Made by a program: the position numbers and the translations under genes | Part shown: positions 62,113 to 64,000 of the stretch, one piece after another | How positions within the stretch are numbered: position 1 is the first letter of the stretch | Layout of the letters: each line of letters starts with the position of its first letter | The notes under the pieces: generated by a model | The model's database searches: none | The model's input: the letters and a program-made list of their open reading frames with translations, nothing else | Told to the model about the DNA's origin: nothing | Source: Dehalococcoidia bacterium | GTDB lineage: Bacteria > Chloroflexota > Dehalococcoidia > Dehalococcoidales > W498 | Length of the DNA stretch: 64,000 nt | Reading direction: 5' to 3' | Assembly (NCBI GenBank): GCA_011191875.1 | Contig: DUFC01000004.1 | Span: 6,345-70,344 of the forward strand

Positions 62113-62704
62113 ACATAGTTAATTGCTGTGGTTGTGCCTTGGCTTCAGGTATATTCTTTGCCTCGGCTAGGAGTGATGGAATCTTAATCATATCAGCCTC
62201 TATTACCTGGCGTAGACTTTGCTGGTGAAGAGCTGCCGCTGGGTGATACATAGCATAGTAGATAACATTATCTCGCTTTTGGGCAGTGCCATGTATCTTA
62301 CTTATACTCTTACCGGGGAAGAACATTGCCATAGAATAGCGCCCCAGGGTTACAATCATCTTAGGGTGAATTAACTCAATCTGGCGCTCTAGCCACTTAC
62401 GGCAGTTACTAATTTCAGTAGGTAAGGGGTCACGGTTTGCCAAGGGACGGCACTTAATCACATTGGCAATATAGACCTGCTCACGCTTCAAGCTGATAGA
62501 AGTTAGTAATTGGTCAAGGTATAGTCCCGCCGGTCCAACAAAGGGGCGTCCCTGCTGGTCCTCGTGCCAACCTGGTGCCTCACCAATAAACATTACCTCA
62601 GCATTCTCTGCCCCCTCCCCTGGCACCACTCTAGTTCGATATTTGGCTAGTTCACACTGGTGGCAAAGCGCAATTTCTTCATAAAGCTCACTCAGTGCTG
62701 ACAT
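62102..62704 (-). CDS. udg: Uracil-DNA glycosylase, family 4
   Basis: 200 aa. The N-terminal Cys pair C..C, GEAPG..ED..G.PFVG.AG and HP.A. Confidence 0.88.
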   Translation of the reverse strand: MSALSELYEEIALCHQCELAKYRTRVVPGEGAENAEVMFIGEAPGWHEDQQGRPFVGPAGLYLDQLLTSISLKREQVYIANVIKCRPLANRDPLPTEISNCRKWLERQIELIHPKMIVTLGRYSMAMFFPGKSISKIHGTAQKRDNVIYYAMYHPAAALHQQSLRQVIEADMIKIPSLLAEAKNIPEAKAQPQQLTMFEV

Positions 62705-62809
62705 TTTATCCTGTCAATTTGGCTAAATATATTTAGTAAACCAACTATACACTATGCTAACATAGTCAATATGTTAAGTCAATTGAAGCTAGTGCCTCCA
62801 TTTGAGTTG

Positions 62810-62838
62810 TTGACACTATAGAGGCGCAGTTGTAGACT
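62810..62838 (+). promoter_or_regulatory. Sigma-70-type promoter for glyA
   Basis: TTGACA, a 17-nt spacer, then TAGACT. The SD GGGAGGAG precedes the ATG at 62856. Confidence 0.4.
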
Positions 62839-62855
62839 TCAACCAGGGAGGAGAA

Positions 62856-64000
62856 ATGAGTTTCTTAAAACAAACTGACCCAGAAATTAACCGTGCCATT
62901 GATATGGAGAAGAAGCGACAAAGGGAAACAATAAACCTTATTGGCTCTGAGAACTATGCCAGTAGGGCTGTGCTTGAGGCTGAGGGTTCATTTCTAATTA
63001 ATAAATATGCCGAGGGTTATCCTCAACATCGCTACTATGGTGGCTGTGAGTTAATGGATACAGTGGAGAGTCTGGCTATTCAGCGAGCTAAGGAGCTGTT
63101 CCATGCCCAGCATGCTAATGTCCAGCCCCACAGCGGAGCTCAGGCTAATATGGCAGCATACTATGCTTTGCTTGATTATGGTGATACTGTTATGGGTATG
63201 AGCCTGGCTCATGGCGGTCATCTTACCCACGGCGATAAGGCAAGCTTCTCAGGTAAGTCGTATAGCTTTATACCCTATGGTGTAAAAAAAGAAACAGAGA
63301 GAATCGACTATCCGGAGGTGGAGAGACTTGCCTTAGAGCATAAGCCCAAGGTAATTGTAGCTGGAGCCAGTGCTTACCCCAGGATTATTGACTTTGAGCG
63401 CTTTCGGTATATTGCTGACCTGGTCGGGGCAAGGCTTGTAGTTGATATGGCTCACATTGCTGGTATGGTAGCTGTAGGACTACATCCTACCCCTGTGCCC
63501 TATGCTGATGTGGTAACTTCAACTACACATAAAACACTACGCGGTCCGAGAAGTGGGTTTATTCTATGTCGTAGTGAGCTTGCTTCCTCAATAGATGCAG
63601 CTGTCTTTCCCCAGATGCAGGGTGGTCCTTTAATGCATGCTATTGCTGCCAAAGCTGTTTGTTTTTACGAAGCTTTGCAACCCAGCTTTGTAGACTATCA
63701 ACAAGCTATACTGTATAACGCTCTTACCCTAGCTAGTGAGCTCCATCGACTGGGACTGCACCTCGTATCAGGCGGAACCGATAACCACCTGGTTTTAGTA
63801 GACCTCACTGAGACAGGGGTCACCGGCAAAGAGGCTGAGGAATCTTTGGGAGCAGCCAGCATTGTTGTTAATCGGAATGCTACCCCTTTTGACCCCCACC
63901 CACCCCAGATAGCCAGTGGCATTAGACTGGGCACGCCGGCAGTGACCACACGTGGCTTTGGTAGTGAGGAAATGAAGCGCATCGCGTCACTCATTGTAAA
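62856..64000 (+). CDS. glyA: Serine hydroxymethyltransferase (3' end cut by window edge)
   Basis: My hand translation is [42 protein letters not shown]...[15 protein letters not shown] (PLP-Lys motif). It is missing from the ORF track because it is truncated by the window edge. Confidence 0.93.
   Translation, partial: MSFLKQTDPEINRAIDMEKKRQRETINLIGSENYASRAVLEAEGSFLINKYAEGYPQHRYYGGCELMDTVESLAIQRAKELFHAQHANVQPHSGAQANMAAYYALLDYGDTVMGMSLAHGGHLTHGDKASFSGKSYSFIPYGVKKETERIDYPEVERLALEHKPKVIVAGASAYPRIIDFERFRYIADLVGARLVVDMAHIAGMVAVGLHPTPVPYADVVTSTTHKTLRGPRSGFILCRSELASSIDAAVFPQMQGGPLMHAIAAKAVCFYEALQPSFVDYQQAILYNALTLASELHRLGLHLVSGGTDNHLVLVDLTETGVTGKEAEESLGAASIVVNRNATPFDPHPPQIASGIRLGTPAVTTRGFGSEEMKRIASLIV

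Overview
The window is almost entirely a dense, syntenic housekeeping region of a bacterial chromosome. Gene content and gene order look like Chloroflexota/Dehalococcoidia, but that is inference and I cannot run a search. It holds about 65 credible CDSs. These cover pantothenate genes (panC/B/D), ispE, rsmA, thiL, tsaE/tsaB, ndk, rsfS, ftsH, moaE, metG, rsmI, folC, pyrF, dinB, ligA, pth, eno, gap, dnaX-ybaB-recR, a tungsten-type aldehyde:ferredoxin oxidoreductase pair, recO, lysS, serS, uvrB, ftsK, RNase J, a family-4 UDG and glyA. There is one tRNA-Pro(GGG). I found no rRNA, CRISPR array, transposase or intact prophage. I do not see a convincing complete novel multi-gene system. The parts worth a second look are listed below.
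- An archaeal CetZ/tubulin-type GTPase encoded as a monocistronic gene between gap and dnaX.
- A decayed integrative element at tRNA-Pro, bounded by a 45-nt direct repeat of the tRNA 3' half. It carries a truncated integrase, a structured non-coding stretch and an HExxH orphan, with an orphan radical SAM/SPASM gene just outside it.
- A family of intergenic hairpin repeats (GTCATTGCGAGG...CGAAGCAATCTC...GAGATTGCC) whose terminal arms covary between copies.
- A GAF paralog pair. One copy sits inside the pan operon. The other is fused to a DUF4342-like tail and bracketed by 52-bp direct repeats.
- An exactly 150-bp in-frame partial duplication/insertion inside ligA.
- A NadC-like gene with substituted catalytic residues, lying next to a relic of the dinB 5' end.
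- A short proteasome-beta-like ORF.
- An ICMT-like paralog interrupted by a single in-frame TGA at a Trp position.
All calls rest on reading the supplied translations and the nucleotide sequence by eye. No database search was possible.
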